A stretch of 64,000 bases of DNA. It comes from Vermamoeba vermiformis (taxonomy: Eukaryota). The stretch's first letter is position 1. Every line of letters begins with the position of its first letter. Below the pieces are notes generated by a model, which was not told the origin of the DNA, ran no database searches, and was given only the letters and a program-made list of their open reading frames with translations. Location of the stretch: the NCBI GenBank assembly GCA_045837725.1, contig JBEWZL010000300.1, positions 434,001 to 498,000 on the forward strand, given 5' to 3'. Made by a program: the position numbers and the translations under genes. Shown one piece after another: positions 23,098 to 37,000 of this stretch.

Positions 23098-26000
23098 ATG
23101 CAAAACCAACCTGGAAACCCCTTCGTTTATCCTAAGGATGTTGGTATTATTGCCATGGACATCTACTTCCCCTCGACCTGTGTGTCTCAAGAGGAATTAG
23201 GTAGGTCGGATTTCGGTGATCTCAAACTCGATCGAGCCGTTGGGAAGTTCCCGAAGGCTTATACATTTATTTGCGGCTTAAATTGCGAGAATTATAACGT
23301 GCACGAGGAATTCTAGTCCAAATATTCTTTTTAAGATGATAATTAACCAAACCCTCAGAAAAATTCGATCAAGTCCCTGCTGGCAAATACACCGTTGGTC
23401 TTGGTCAAAAGACTATGGCCTTCGTTGGAGACCGTGAAGATGTCAACTCAATCTGCCTTACTGGTAATTATTTAAGATTATTTATTAATTATTTTCGATT
23501 ATTGGCATTTTTCATCGGTTAATTGATTCTAAATGTTACAATTAGTTGTCAAGAACTTGTTCGAGAAGTACAATATCAACCCTAAGGATATTGGTCGTTT
23601 GGAAGTCGGTACTGAGACTATTCTCGACAAATCCAAGGCAATTAAGACCGTGCTCATGGATCTCTTCAAGGAGTCCGGCAACTTCAACGTTTTGGGTAAG
23701 AAGAATTAAATATTACCAAATATCGCATAAATATCGCGAAAACTAACCGACGCAATGTGTTCTTGCATGTCTAAATATGGATTCGATTCCTAGGTATTGA
23801 CAACAAGAACGCTTGCTACGGAGGTACTGCCGCCTTGTTCAACTCCATTGACTGGATGGAATCTTCTTACTGGGACGGTCGTTACGCCCTTGTTGTTGCC
23901 GCTGACGTTGCTGTCTACGAAAAGGGTACGCGATCTCTATAGTTAATAATTAGGCGCTAGTTATGCAAGGTGAAGCTAATGTATTGAATTATAGGCCCTG
24001 CCAGACCTACTGGTGGTTGCGGTTGCGCTGCCATGTTGATTGGCCCCAACGCTCCTCTTGTTTTCGAGCGCGGTACGCAAAATCAATACAAAGTTGAGGT
24101 CGTACATTGACAATAACATCCTTGCTACAGGCTTGAGAGCTGCTCACATGGAGCACGTCTACGACTTCTACAAGCCCTTGCCCACCTCTGAGTACCCCAC
24201 TGTTGACGGCAAGTTGTCTGTCAGCTGCTACTTGAGAGCTCTTGATAACTGCTTCCAAATCTATGCCAAGAAATTCTATGCTAAGGTACGTGTAGCATTC
24301 GAGAATAATACTCGGATGGAGAATAACTTGTTTCAATAGGAGGGTCACAAATACAGTTTGAACGACGCTGATTACTACGTCTTCCATGCTCCTTACAACA
24401 AGTTGGTTCAAAAGTCTTTCGGTCGCTTGGTACGCACGAGATATAAATTTGAGTCTGCAACGTGCTAACATGTTGTGACAGTTCTACAACGATTTCTTGC
24501 TCAACAAGAGCAACCTCGCTTACAAAGACGTTCAACACTTGGCTGACGTCCCCACCGAAAAGAGCTACGACAACCGCGAGATTGAAGAGACTTTCGTCAA
24601 GATGTCCAAGAACGCTTACAACACCAAGGTTCTTCCTTCAACTGTCGTCCCCACTCAAATTGGTAACACCTACACTGCTTCATTGTACTTCGGATTTGCC
24701 TCCCTGTTGGCAACTATTGGCAGCGCTGGTTTGGTAAGTCTTACAACCATTTTTCTTAAGATTACGACGAAATGAGGAAATTTTCAACCGGAGAGACATT
24801 AGCGTTTACTCTAGTGGTCGGGACACGGCTTTTTTTGAACGACCGAGCATCAAGCACCTATGGCCGAGTTGGTCTAAGGCGTTAGACTCAAGTTCTAATG
24901 GGGGTAACTCCGCGTGGGTTCGAATCCCACTGGGTGCAAGCAATTAATTTTTTTTTGCCTTCGCTACCTTCCTACTCTCTACTTGCGTGTCTTCTTGCGA
25001 TCCCACTATGCAAACAACAAATTTTTTTGCCTCCGCATGCTTTGTTTTATATGTTCCCTAATTACGGACCAGCAAGCGTCCGTTTTGGTTAGGCAATTAG
25101 CTCGATGCAGTTGCAACCGGAACATAATTTTTTGCTCCTCGCATTTGTCCGTTTGAGTTGGAGTTGCCTTCGCACGCGTTGTCCCGTGTCAACAAATTAT
25201 TTTGCAATATTCGTTTCTACGTATTTATGCCAATACTTTGCTGTGCTCTCATATTGGTATCAAACTGACTCGAGCTCGCACTCGCGCTTTACATTGATCG
25301 ATGTCAACTGTCTTGACTAACGAATGGGGTTCTCGCGACCTTTCCGACCCAACAACTCAAGACACCGTGGCCGAGTGGTTAAGGCGGCGGACTAGAAATC
25401 CTCTGGGCTCTGCCCGCGCAGGTTCGAATCCTGCCGGTGTCGACAAATTTTTTTGCTTCGGTACGCTGTGGTTGAGGAACATTAGACCTTGTTTTTTTTA
25501 TCACCGCTGAAATTGCACCAAAAATATTCGAGTTCCTTATGCTTTGAAGGACTCTGTTGAGTTCGCATGCCTCCCACTCCTGACAGTCAAGCATTTGTAG
25601 CGTATGGTCCTTTGGTGACCTGGTCACGTGCTCCTCGTGCACCTAATCAACCAACGGGTTCGTGGTGCACTTGGTAGCACGTCCGCTTAGCATGCGGGAG
25701 GTACGGGGATCGAAACCCTGCGAATCCAATTTCTTTTTTGCCGTCCCCGCTCTCTATGCTTTATTTTTGTCTTGCTATTCGTGGACCTTCTCGTCGTTGC
25801 CTTCCCCACCCTACTTTTGCTCGTTGATCTTTCAAACCTCGCTTCACACGACTTGTGTTACGGTTTCTCGCTCAACACTTTACGCTTTTACCGATGTTCT
25901 TCCTCTATTTATTTTATCGTTTGATTGATTACTAACATTTTTTTGCCAATAGCAAGGCAAACGCTTGATTATGTTCTCTTACGGATCTGGCTTGGCCTCT

Positions 26001-26597
26001 TCCATGTTCTCTATCAAGGTTCAAGGCAGCATCGACAACATCGTCACCAAGATGGACGTCAAGAACAGAATGGCCAAGCGCCAATTTGTTGACCCTGTCA
26101 AGTACACTCAAGTAAGTCGATCTGCTTTTTAGATCTTTTTTATAAGCTCCTCCGACAGAGCAGTAATACGTTATTCATTAACGACCATTATTGCTCGACG
26201 TATTGCATATTACGAGCTTGGGTTACAATCCCATAATAATTTTTCGTTCGTCGCGTTGTTACAGTCAAGTGTTTAGATCACATCCGTTATTTGTCGTAAT
26301 GGATTTATGATTGACAACGAGACAACCCTAATGTCTGGCTGATAGTGCACTACCTATTGCATCATTGGTTGAATCATTCGGGGATATTCTTTCTCTTACT
26401 TTTTTTTGCTCGTGGATTCGATCTGATCTCTTTTGTAGGTCCTCGATGAGAAGCAAAAGCGTTATACTTCTGCCGAAGAGTTCACTCCCACTGGCGCCGT
26501 CGAGGAGTTGTTCCCTGGTACCTTCTACTTGACCAAGATTGACAAGATGCACCGCAGACACTACGCCCGAAAGCCCGTCTTAGCTTCCAAGCTCTAA
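23098..26597 (+). CDS. HMGS: Hydroxymethylglutaryl-CoA synthase with C-terminal PTS1 (SKL)
   Basis: [31 protein letters not shown], catalytic [38 protein letters not shown] and [10 protein letters not shown]; ends LASKL*. Confidence 0.97.
24854..24938 (+). tRNA. tRNA-Leu(CAA), intronic
   Basis: Acceptor GCACCTA/TGGGTGC, anticodon arm TTAGA-CTCAAGT-TCTAA, long variable arm, T arm GTGGGTTCGAATCCCAC, T-run terminator downstream. Confidence 0.95.
25361..25442 (+). tRNA. tRNA-Ser(AGA), intronic
   Basis: Acceptor GACACCG/CGGTGTC, anticodon loop CTAGAAA, long variable arm GGGCTCTGCCC, T arm GCAGGTTCGAATCCTGC, downstream T-run. Confidence 0.95.
25656..25728 (+). tRNA. tRNA-Ala(AGC), intronic
   Basis: Acceptor GGGTTCG/CGAATCC with G3:U70, anticodon loop TTAGCAT, T loop GATCGAAAC, downstream T-run. 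Confidence 0.93.
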
Positions 26598-27077
26598 GTT
26601 AAGAATTTTGATAGTGCGACACGCAGTATATTAATTTGATTTGAATTAACTAAATTGAATTAATTCGGACTTCTCCCTTGAGTTTTTCGTGTTTAAAAAA
26701 AGTAATCGTTTTATTTAAAATATGAACGAATATCGTATTGAATGTACAAAAGCTTTAGCAAGATAATGGAAGTACGTTGCCCGATTATTTTAAGGAATTA
26801 ATCGCAAAAGAATTAAATACTTTTTCGTTGACTGAACGCTGTAATGAAATCGCATCCATTAAGTTACAGGACAAGACGTTCTGCTTTTAGCGCAGCGGTC
26901 TACTAACTTCATTTCAACGCGTTATGTCAGAAGAAAAATCGTAAAACCGCTGTTTTGTGATTGGTGGATTATTGAATTCTTTTTCTATTCTTTCGTTGAA
27001 AATTTTTGACTGTCCACAACGACAAATTTTAAATTGTCACTAGGCAGTATTATTTTATCCCTGCCCATAGAAGTACC

Positions 27078-27533
27078 ATGGCAGAAGAAGAAAGAGCGAA
27101 GCACTTTCGAGAGTTTGAAAAGAAAGCAGAACAAGTTGTGCAGTCTGATGCAAAATTCAATTCTTACATAGAAAGAGCAAAAAGCTTAGCCTCTAAGCTT
27201 TCTTCTTGCACCGACGAGTTCTTGGAGATTATCCAAATGGTTATCCTGCATCACGAGAAAAAGTACGAAATCCAACCTGAAACTTTTATTGCCTTTTTAG
27301 CTGCTATAATCTACGTCGTGTCTCCCTTTGACGCAATACCTGATTGGATTCCCTATTTGGGTTGGACGGACGATGTTCTCGTGCTCAAGTTCGTCTTTTC
27401 ATATTATAAATCCGAGATCCAGAGATTCAGAGCTTGGAAATCAAACGAGGAGAATCAGAAAACACTCGAAACAACGATGGATCACTATTCTAAGAAAACT
27501 CGAGCTATCTTTCGATGCTGCACTATTTTGTAA
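27078..27533 (+). CDS. YkvA/DUF1232 family protein with C-terminal CaaX motif
   Basis: Intronless ORF; motif AAIIYVVSPFDAIPDWIPYLGWTDDVLVL; ends RCCTIL*. Confidence 0.85.
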   Translation: MAEEERAKHFREFEKKAEQVVQSDAKFNSYIERAKSLASKLSSCTDEFLEIIQMVILHHEKKYEIQPETFIAFLAAIIYVVSPFDAIPDWIPYLGWTDDVLVLKFVFSYYKSEIQRFRAWKSNEENQKTLETTMDHYSKKTRAIFRCCTIL

Positions 27534-27905
27534 AATAAAACCCAAGTAAATCATTAATTCGCGCAACGCAGTGTCAATAGATATCTTCGAGTTGCCCTAT
27601 TATTTGATAATTATTAACCTGAACTAATAATCAGAGCAAACATAGTAACGTATTATTAGTGCTAGTTATTGACGGTGCACTGTGGGTACCCAAAACATGG
27701 TTTATTTCATGCCGCGGATCCAAAAATAGAAAATTTTAATCTCGTGAGCTTATTATTGCCTCAAATTTGTTATTCGTATAGAAGTTTTAAGAAAGTAGTA
27801 GAGATTTGCCTTAGTGACTATAATACATTATTTATTATTTCGATTTTGAGTAAGTTTTCAATTTGTTGTTGTTCGGATGCGTAATATTATAAACAAGTGC
27901 GGTCT

Positions 27906-30900
27906 TTAAAACGACAATTTCCAAACGGAAATGCTTCTGTCGTGAGATCCAACCCAAAGCATTTGTCCGTCAATGATTTGCATGCCTGCTATTAGGTCTT
28001 TATGAACAACGGGCAGTTCTTCGACGATTTCAGAGGTCTAATAATAAATAAGACGTTAATTAACATCCAAATATTACCAAGTTATATAAAATGCTCAAAT
28101 TATAACCACTTGTTAAAGAATATTCAAGATCCGTACTGCACGCATAATTTGGATCTTAATTAAAAAAATGTGGGTGGTCATATGGCTTACCTTTCTATTC
28201 CAAATCGTTATCGCAGAGTCTTCCGAGCCAGTAATAACAAAATTATCAATATAAGCGAATGAAGTTACGGGTAATGTTGTCGGCTTTGGATGGAACATTT
28301 TTTTCTCGCCGTCCTAGCGTCATATAAGATTAATATATGTAGTATAAGGTACATGTAAGTAATGAAGACGTACTTCGGTCCAAACACAAACAGATCCGTC
28401 CTTTGAAGCGGACCACATCGAGACCGTTGAACTGACGAACGTTTCAGAAACAGATCTGACTTCGTTCTTTAGCAGCGTGATCACTGCTTTAGTATGTTCG
28501 CGCGGTAGTGTATCGATCTTCCTCATAGTCTATAGCAGTCGTTAGCACTTGGTCAGTACAAAAAAAAATTGAATTTTTTCGTAGAATTTCAGCTGGAATT
28601 AAAAATGTACGTACATTAGAGTTATATCTTGATATAGAACCGTCGTAATGACCCATCCAAACGTCTGTTATGTTCTTAGTGAAGCACGTGACCGGTCGTT
28701 CGACGTTGATTTCTTTTTCGGCTTTTTTCTGTTGGATCCACGTTAGTCAATACCACTTCAACATCGTGTATAATAATATTAACTTACAGATGCCTTTTTG
28801 GCTAGTTTCATATTCCAAACTTTGACTTTTGGTTCTAATGTACAAGCGGCCCAAAGCGTTGAACTGTCCATTTTAATAAACGACGAGAAATTATCTTCAG
28901 GCGAGCCCAATGTCGTCAAGTACTTCAATTTCTATAAAATAAGAGGTCTTATAAGTATTTGCCGCCCGCTACGAACAAAAACGCTAACGGATCTAAATTT
29001 CGGTCTCCGACCGGCTAAATTTTTCAGTGAAAAGTAAATAACGCTCCAAAAATTCGCTAGTACGTTGAAAAATATAACCATGTTATATTACCTCGTAGTT
29101 CCAAAGATGAATTTGTCCGGACTCGTCCAAACAAGCCATTACATGCAACTCGATAAAATAATCGATTTGAATGACGGCAGAATTTTGTTGCTTGTGCTGC
29201 AGGGTCGTGGATAATTTGTAGTCGAGGGATTTCTATTTGAAAGAATTTCCGTTAGTAAACACGCGGATGAATCTCAGAGATTTTCCGCTTGAATCAAAAA
29301 ATCAAAAAATTTAGCCTGAAATGGTTACCTCAACAGTATAGACTTGAATTGAGCCATCAGATAGCCCAACAAACACGTTAATTATTCCGCCCATGCGCGG
29401 TAACTGGCTGACAGTACTAACTTTGAGCAAAGTCTGAAAAAAAAAATCTTTGTTAATCTCCGACGTTACGAGAGTTCACAAACATGTGTTTCTAATATCC
29501 ATAATACGCAATATACGCATAAATCAAATAAGAAAGACGTTATTGTGAATTATAATCTGGAGTGATCGAGATTTAGCCCGATAAAAAATCGGTTTTTGTG
29601 AGTCAAGTTGTACGTACTGGGAACACGGTGAGATATTCGACAGAGAGGCCTAACTTGTTGCTTAATAACGACTTTGGCTTTGTCGCTAAATTAGCACGAA
29701 TGTCGTCTTTCGTTTTGATTTTAGCCTTGCGCGGCGTATTCATCTTTCGCATGGCATCGGGACTCATAGTCGCATAGTCTTCGATACTACTCAGTCCTGC
29801 AACAGTAAGATTAGCTTAACGGTGCCGCCTACTACCATATTTAGTCATTTCTTAAACTATACCTTTTAGCCGAGCCTTCATTTTTTGATAGAGATCACTC
29901 TCCACAAAATTTGCAAAATTCTGCCGAAAATTTTTTGTTATTATCCGATCTTACTATACATTGTTTGAATATCACTATTACTTACAGATTTCATCAATTT
30001 ATAAGCTACTGTTGATGCGCTTTGGAACAGATCGCTCGGGGCTTCCTCGCATTTTGACAAAATATATTTCTAATTGGGAATTAAATTAGTATAGTCATTT
30101 TATATGGAATAATAGCGCTATTTGAATGTTAGATATGATCGGAGTAATTTCCGCCTGCATTAACATTGATTGCGCGGGATCCGTTAATTTAAAATCGTTC
30201 AAAAATATATAAATGTAGTAATATCACTAGATAATAATGCGTACCTTATCAGTATCACTAACGTGTATTTGTCTCTCAGCTCCGTCTTTGACATATTGTT
30301 GAATAATTTCTTGCGCGTATTTTTTTCTAACATTAATGTCCATAATCTTCTTATATTTCTCGTTCTCGAAATAAAATTGAATATTTTCTTCGCAAAATTG
30401 ACTTCGTAGGAATCGCTTAAAGTATTGACAGGTATAGACGTTGGCGATAATGAATTCTAAGGACAGTTCGAGCTTCGGTGGAGGTACGTCCGATAACTTC
30501 ATTAAATCTTCTGTTCGACAAACTAACTTTACTAGTTCCTGTTTCTCTCGTTTTTTGTGCTTCAATGCGCCTTTAGCTTTGTGCAGATCGAGCTTCATAA
30601 TCTATAATAAAAAATCAGTAAGAATAGCTCGTTTTCGATTCAAAATGGCTACAAATTAATATTTTAGTGATAATATATGTAGTATAATATTTTAAAGTTG
30701 ATTTAAGGATTAAATCTAAAAATAACACCGCGCGCATCCGGTGCGCGATAATGAAACGGAAAATACTCAGTTTGTAATTACATCTTATTAATTATGATGT
30801 GCTACTTACGGAGAATAATACAGGATCAAAGTGGTCCCATTTAACTTCGTTCCAGGTCTGCAGATCTTTGACAATTTTATCGTCCACAGGGCTGTCAGGT

Positions 30901-31579
30901 GTGTGCGTTGCAAGTTCAGCAATAGACTAATTAAGCTCAGTAAATATGCATATGAATAATAGTATTACCTTCATATTTTCGAAATCTGATTCGTATCGTT
31001 TTTGGGCTTCCCGCGAAGCTCGTTTTATCTCCGCGATCTGGTACGAGATCAAGTCAGATTTTTTGTTATTTACGGCGGAATAATGTCTATATGATCGATC
31101 ACATTATTTTATAAATATGAGGCGGTTCTTACTTGCTCTCCAACGTCGATCTGGACGCTATTTACAATTTCTAAATATTTTTTTGCTTTTTCGCCTAATA
31201 ATCCAGCATTTGGATCGGTATATAGTTTTTGTAGGCTGTCATTCAATGTCTTCCGAGCAGCTTTAAGTTCTACAAAGAAAAGGTTAGTGTCAACGAACGT
31301 AAAAACCGGATGGATTGGGCACAAAATGAGTTCATGAATCGAGTGAAGCCTTATAATAATAATATAATTGTAATATTTAAATTAGCATCAAATATTGGAA
31401 TAATAAATACACTCCGATTCAATTTTTTTGGCTTAGATCCAGATTGGATTTGCCGGCAAACGCAAAGAACGCTTGTAATTACCTTGCAATACAATAACGT
31501 ATGCACTAAGACATTCGAATGTATCTGATACTGTTTGCTCAAAGGCATTCAGCTTTGCTAGTTCTGAATCCAATGCCAT
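27906..31579 (-). CDS. Coiled-coil, RGS domain and WD40 repeat protein
   Basis: RGS segment YFKRFLRSQFCEENIQFY..YKK..AQEIIQQYVKDGAERQIHV; WD40 repeats MWSASKDGSVCVW, ITGSEDSAITIW and LWVGSHDRSISVW. Confidence 0.8.
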
Positions 31580-32169
31580 TAGGTGTTGTTACAAAGGCAA
31601 GCGGATCCGTTTCGAACGAGCAAAATGGTGTCTGTCTAATAATATTAAATATGTCTTTGCTCGTGCAACACTAACGCAAATAAAAATTATTTCATAAATC
31701 AAGAGCGTTCTCTATCAACGAAACATTTCCAAATTAGGGAATAGCACAGGCATCTATTCGGGCTATATTGTTACTGTGCATATGCGCTCCTAAAATTCTA
31801 TTTAATTACAAGCGTTCAGGCTTACATCAATAGCGGATCAACCTCAAACCCCAAAAAAAATTCAATTTTTTGGCCACGATTAGTTTTTAATACCACGGTA
31901 ATAAGGTAAAATTTGAGCGCACGATATTAGCAAAATATTGGCTATTCAATGCAAAGAGTACACACTTGCCATCCCATCATTGGAGATTTTGTGCTAGATC
32001 CCGTACAAGCATTTTACCCTAAGAGGAATTACTATTGACATTGTTTACTATGGGTTGTCATATAATATGATTGCGTATCAATAATCCAATTAACCGCACG
32101 ATAAAGAGATTTCGCTGGTTCGGGATGTGAGTTTTTTGGATCTACGTGCGTAATGAGCAAATACGCTAT

Positions 32170-33911
32170 TTATTTAGGCAAATTAATAGTGCCTTGTAAC
32201 ACAATAACAGCGGATCCGTTTAATAATACACGATTGTTAGACAACAGTTCTACGCCCATCGATCCAGTTCTCTCGCTCGCAATATAAGCCTTGAACTTAG
32301 ATTTGTTTAAAACGCGCTGATAATATACTGCCAATACCGTGTGGCCCGAACCTAATTCGGCAATAAGTCAGCCAACTAAAAATACGCGGTAATCGCATCC
32401 GTTGATACGGCTCGATAAACGAATTCAGTGAATGACGGACCGTGTGGCATAATAAAAGGCCCGCAGCAATGGCGAAATAAATCTTACCGTTTACTGGATC
32501 CTCATCGATGCCTACCCACGGATTGAAATAGCGAGAAACAAAGTCGTAGCTGCTGTACTGCGAGTTGGCGAGATTATGGCAAACTATTTTGACTCCCTTA
32601 ACTGGTACTGGGTAAGATACCTAAATTTAATAATGTCAATCGTCTTACGCAACACGAACGGCTTAGATCAATTCATCGTTCACTGAAACAGAATCAGATC
32701 TTTTACCTGCATCATTTTATGAGGCTCTAGCTTTGCATTTACGATACTTTCGACGCTGTTTAGCGTTACTACGAGCTTCTTAGTGCTAAATAATGTAAGT
32801 AAGCAAGGCAAAAATAAAATTACCAAATTAGGTCATAATTTCGGAAAGTTTAAATGCCTCACTAATGCTTACCTGTCGCAGAAGTTGACGTCGGTTATAT
32901 CTTTTGATTCAAAATGCAAGGATTCGGCAAGACCTCGCTTAGTTTCTTCACTGAACACAACGGGTTGTGGATTGCCCTGAAAAGCATCCGTAAACTAAAT
33001 TGAATCAAGGCAATGTATATTATATCGAATGTTATATAAATGTACGCGATACCAATTCTAAAGTCAGATTAAGCTCATACGAGTGGCTTAATCCGTAATT
33101 TCAAGTTTATAGGGTCTTTAAGTAAATCGACAGAGATTGCACGTCAATTTGCGCAAAAGATTTCGAAAAATCAACTTATATAGTAATATATATGCGCGTG
33201 GCATTAAATGGGATTCATTTTACGTTCTAATAATACTAGCAAATCGAGTTTAAGGAATCCGGAAAAGTTCTCGGCCGGATCACGAGGAAAAGTACTTACA
33301 GCAGGGAAATCCATCGAATAGCCATCACTAGTACGAGTTACTATCAAAAGGCCTGATTTAGTTATGAAACAGATTCGCTCGCCTGTCACTATCTCCTGTG
33401 TAAAGAGCACGTGTGCGGTTGCTAACGTAGCATGACCTGTATGACACCAATTAATACTATTTAAGATAATTTCGAGCAAGGAGCACGTGGTCAAAGCAAT
33501 ATTTGAGAATATTAAATGGCCTGGAAGATCCGGACGAAGATCCCCGGCATAATCTTGCTGAGCCATTTCAATTTTATTTTTAATAATTATCGTAACACAT
33601 GTGATATAACTTACCGCATAAATTGACCTCGACAAGAGGAGTAAACCAGCGCAAATTATACGTATAATAATTCGAAGCGAATAGATCGCGTTGTACGAAA
33701 GCAGTTTCAGAGTGGCGCATTTCTTCGTCATAATACTATTAATTAGGTAATTATAAAATTATCGGGAGGCAATTCTACCTTTTGCGATCAGCAACATCTG
33801 GTTCTCAGTCAGATGTAGCTGATCTGGAACCAAGCAGACAGCTGCCGGATTGCCAGCATACGGAGTAGATGTAAATGCATCCACAGTAAATATAGGTAGT
33901 GTTGTAGTCAT
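32170..33911 (-). CDS. PhzF/PBLD-like isomerase
   Basis: IFTVDAFTSTPYAGNPAAV, GHATLATAHVLF, FITKSGLL, YDFVSRYFNPWVGIDEDPV and ASERTGSM. Confidence 0.88.
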
Positions 33912-34070
33912 TGTGCTTTGATATTTTAGGGACCGTTTTATTTCGAGCGAACTTTCAAAACTCTAGAAAAGCTCCCTTTGAGATTAATCTTCGAACTATG
34001 ATCACAAATGACTGTAATATAATAGCGTAGACTAAAACAAACAAACTATACGCGATCAGGCCAAGATCAA

Positions 34071-37000
34071 ATGGACCAAACGAATCAAGGCGGGCATTTA
34101 ACACTTAATCATGTTATTGAGACCCGTAAGTGCAATACAAAAATTAAATTAATTATATACTGTAATAATCCGTGGCTTTTATGCACAGGTAATGACTCTA
34201 TGCTGAAAAAAATATTACGCCACGCAGATCCGTACAACGTTGTTTATATTGAAGTAGTTCGATATGGATCACTATTTTTGGATCGATTATTAAATGAAGG
34301 TAATTTAATTAGCGGAGATAAGGCTGTTAGGTCTGATCTATTTTCGTATTTTTTCGCCAAATTTCTTGCTTTCAATTACTAAATGTCCAATCATGGGCAT
34401 TATTAATCAAATTTCATATTTATTATTTAAGTAGCGGCAAGAATAATTCTTCTTTGTTCTTAGGCTGGATCAAGGGCGCGTTATTATTTCTGAAGCACTA
34501 CAACATCAACTTTGATTACCACATTAAATCGCGCTGTTTATTGCACAAAGCAGCTAGCGTCGTTCCAACCGATGAAGAAGAGGCTGCGGCATTGGGCAAA
34601 TGTATCAAAGTCATGTTGTCTAAAGGTACAAAAAAAACCACCTTAATGATTAATAGTCTAAATTAACAATAGTATAATCGATATATAATATATAGATAAT
34701 GAAATAGGATTTGGATTATTTAAGACTATGAGTAATTAATGTATATTTTTTTTAGGCTGGACAGTCGCAGACATAGATCCACAAGGTCACACAGCGTTAG
34801 TAATCTCATTCAAATCAAATAATGTCGTTGCATTTGCTGCTTTACTGGAAAAAGAGTCATTAGAGAACAACAAGTACGAGCATATCTTCATGTTGGATCA
34901 GATCTATAATTTTCGCCCAACTCGATGAATGAAACCATTATTAATACCATATATATTTAGGGAATTAGTAGAAAAATTAATAATACCGGTCATCATCAGT
35001 TTGAAAGATGACTACGCAACACATCTGAGCAGAAAATTATCGACGGCAAAATCAAAATCGAAAGAATCAGGTTTTATTACACTTTATAGAGGTATAGTAG
35101 TATTACCATATATAGTATATTTAATAATACGATTTTTAAGCCTACGAGAGTAAGCTGAGTATAGATCTGAAGAATCAAATTTTTTGGAGCGCAGTTACAC
35201 AAGGCAACAAAGATGTGCTGCAGTTTATGATCGAGCAATGTAATATAGACGTAGAGACTGGCGATGCAAATGAACGAACTGTCATTGAAGTCGCTGCCCA
35301 ATATGGTAATCGAAAAGAAATTTTTGCAAAGATTAATTTTCCGCTAACACTGGATCTAGGCCACGCAAATTGCGTATTGTACATATTCCAGAAGATACTA
35401 GAGCTCAACAGATCCATTAGCAAATATTCAATGTATAGCATAGTGCAACTGATGCTCAAATTTTGTCCGACCGAAAACGAAAAAGTTTTAACCTATCAAA
35501 AAGCCATTCAAGTCATTCTAAAAAACGTACAAGGTAAGTAATATATCTTTTAATGGTATGGAGATGTCTAACCTCATACGCCAACGTAGATCTAGTGACT
35601 TTAACGGATGCGCACGGAACCACCCTGTTACACATAGCTTGTGCTCACGCAAATTTTCCCGCCATTCAAGCACTATGCGCGAGCAAGGCTAGTTTTGCGA
35701 CTAAAGACAAGTACGTCAATAATAATTATGATGAGATAGTCCTATTTTTAACTCTCTACACAGAAATGGTGATAATCCGTTGCATATTTTATCAAGATTT
35801 ACGAACCCGAAAGTCATCGAGATATTCCGCTGGTTAGTGCTCAATAATCATTTGCACGGCGTTGTCAATGAGGTACGCATCGAAAACACGAACTGGATGT
35901 ACTAACGTTGGTTATAGAACATTAAGACCTCTGGTACTATGAGAAGCTCACAAATTTTGAGAATGATGCGCGGTAAGTATTTCCTAATAAGGAAATATCG
36001 TAAGTGTAACTGACGATTTGTACGAATAGAAATGAAAAGCAAATTGAATAACTGGGAACACGCGGATCTGCAACAACGATTCTGGCAGGGCGTGGTAGAT
36101 TATTTGACTATAAGCGATGCTCTTATATTGCAATACGTGAGCTCATTTTTCAAGTTGCTGATCCGGACTGACACCTGGAACAACATTATGAACAAAGTTG
36201 GTACTATGGTCTCAAAAGATCAACGTAAGTATATTATTACCATATTTGGTAATAACGAGTCCTAACAACTATTTTTAGATCTGTTACAAGACGCTAAGGA
36301 GGTTTTGACGAATGTTTTGAAATTTCGTAGTCAGCAAGTACTACGTGATAGGTATAATTTGAAAGCAATACCAGTAGTTACTACGCGGGCCATAGAAGCG
36401 GTATTAGTCACTTCGAATCAAAGGACGGGGATCAAATACGGCACTTATTTTTCGAAACTATTTGGTACTCCTACTACGAGCGAAATCGACGGTAAAATCT
36501 ACTCAACGTTTGTTGGTTATATGAACGGTGGAGAAATTCAGGGTATTAAGTTCAAATTGGTACGTAAATCGAAACGCATCCCGATCGGAAAACTGATCGG
36601 ATAAATTTAGACGGTAGTTCAGTACGACAAGGAGTTAAAATTATCGGATAAAAGGTAACATACATGAGGTATATATGTCTTAACATTCTATAGGCTGGTG
36701 GAAGATGCGCGGCTATTGCTTATAAATATGGATTGCTTTGAGATCCAGCCGCATTTTGAAACTTTTCGGCTTTTATGTCTACGAAGGCCATTCTTCCCTG
36801 TTACAACAGTAGTTTTGCACGGAAAGAAGCGGAAAGGAATGGAGACAGCGGTACGTTATTTTATCAATTTTATTATCGAATGAAATTACCTTATTTGGAA
36901 GCGGAGCGAGCGTTCGTACAAATTAGCGGAAATTAGTATTTTTCAATTAGCTTCCACTACAACCCAATAATGCAGACCATCGATCATACGTGTTATTCTT

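Noticed and set aside
25662-25928. ORFs starting MVHLVARPL at 25662 and 50657
   Set aside because: Translations of the two tRNA-Ala genes.
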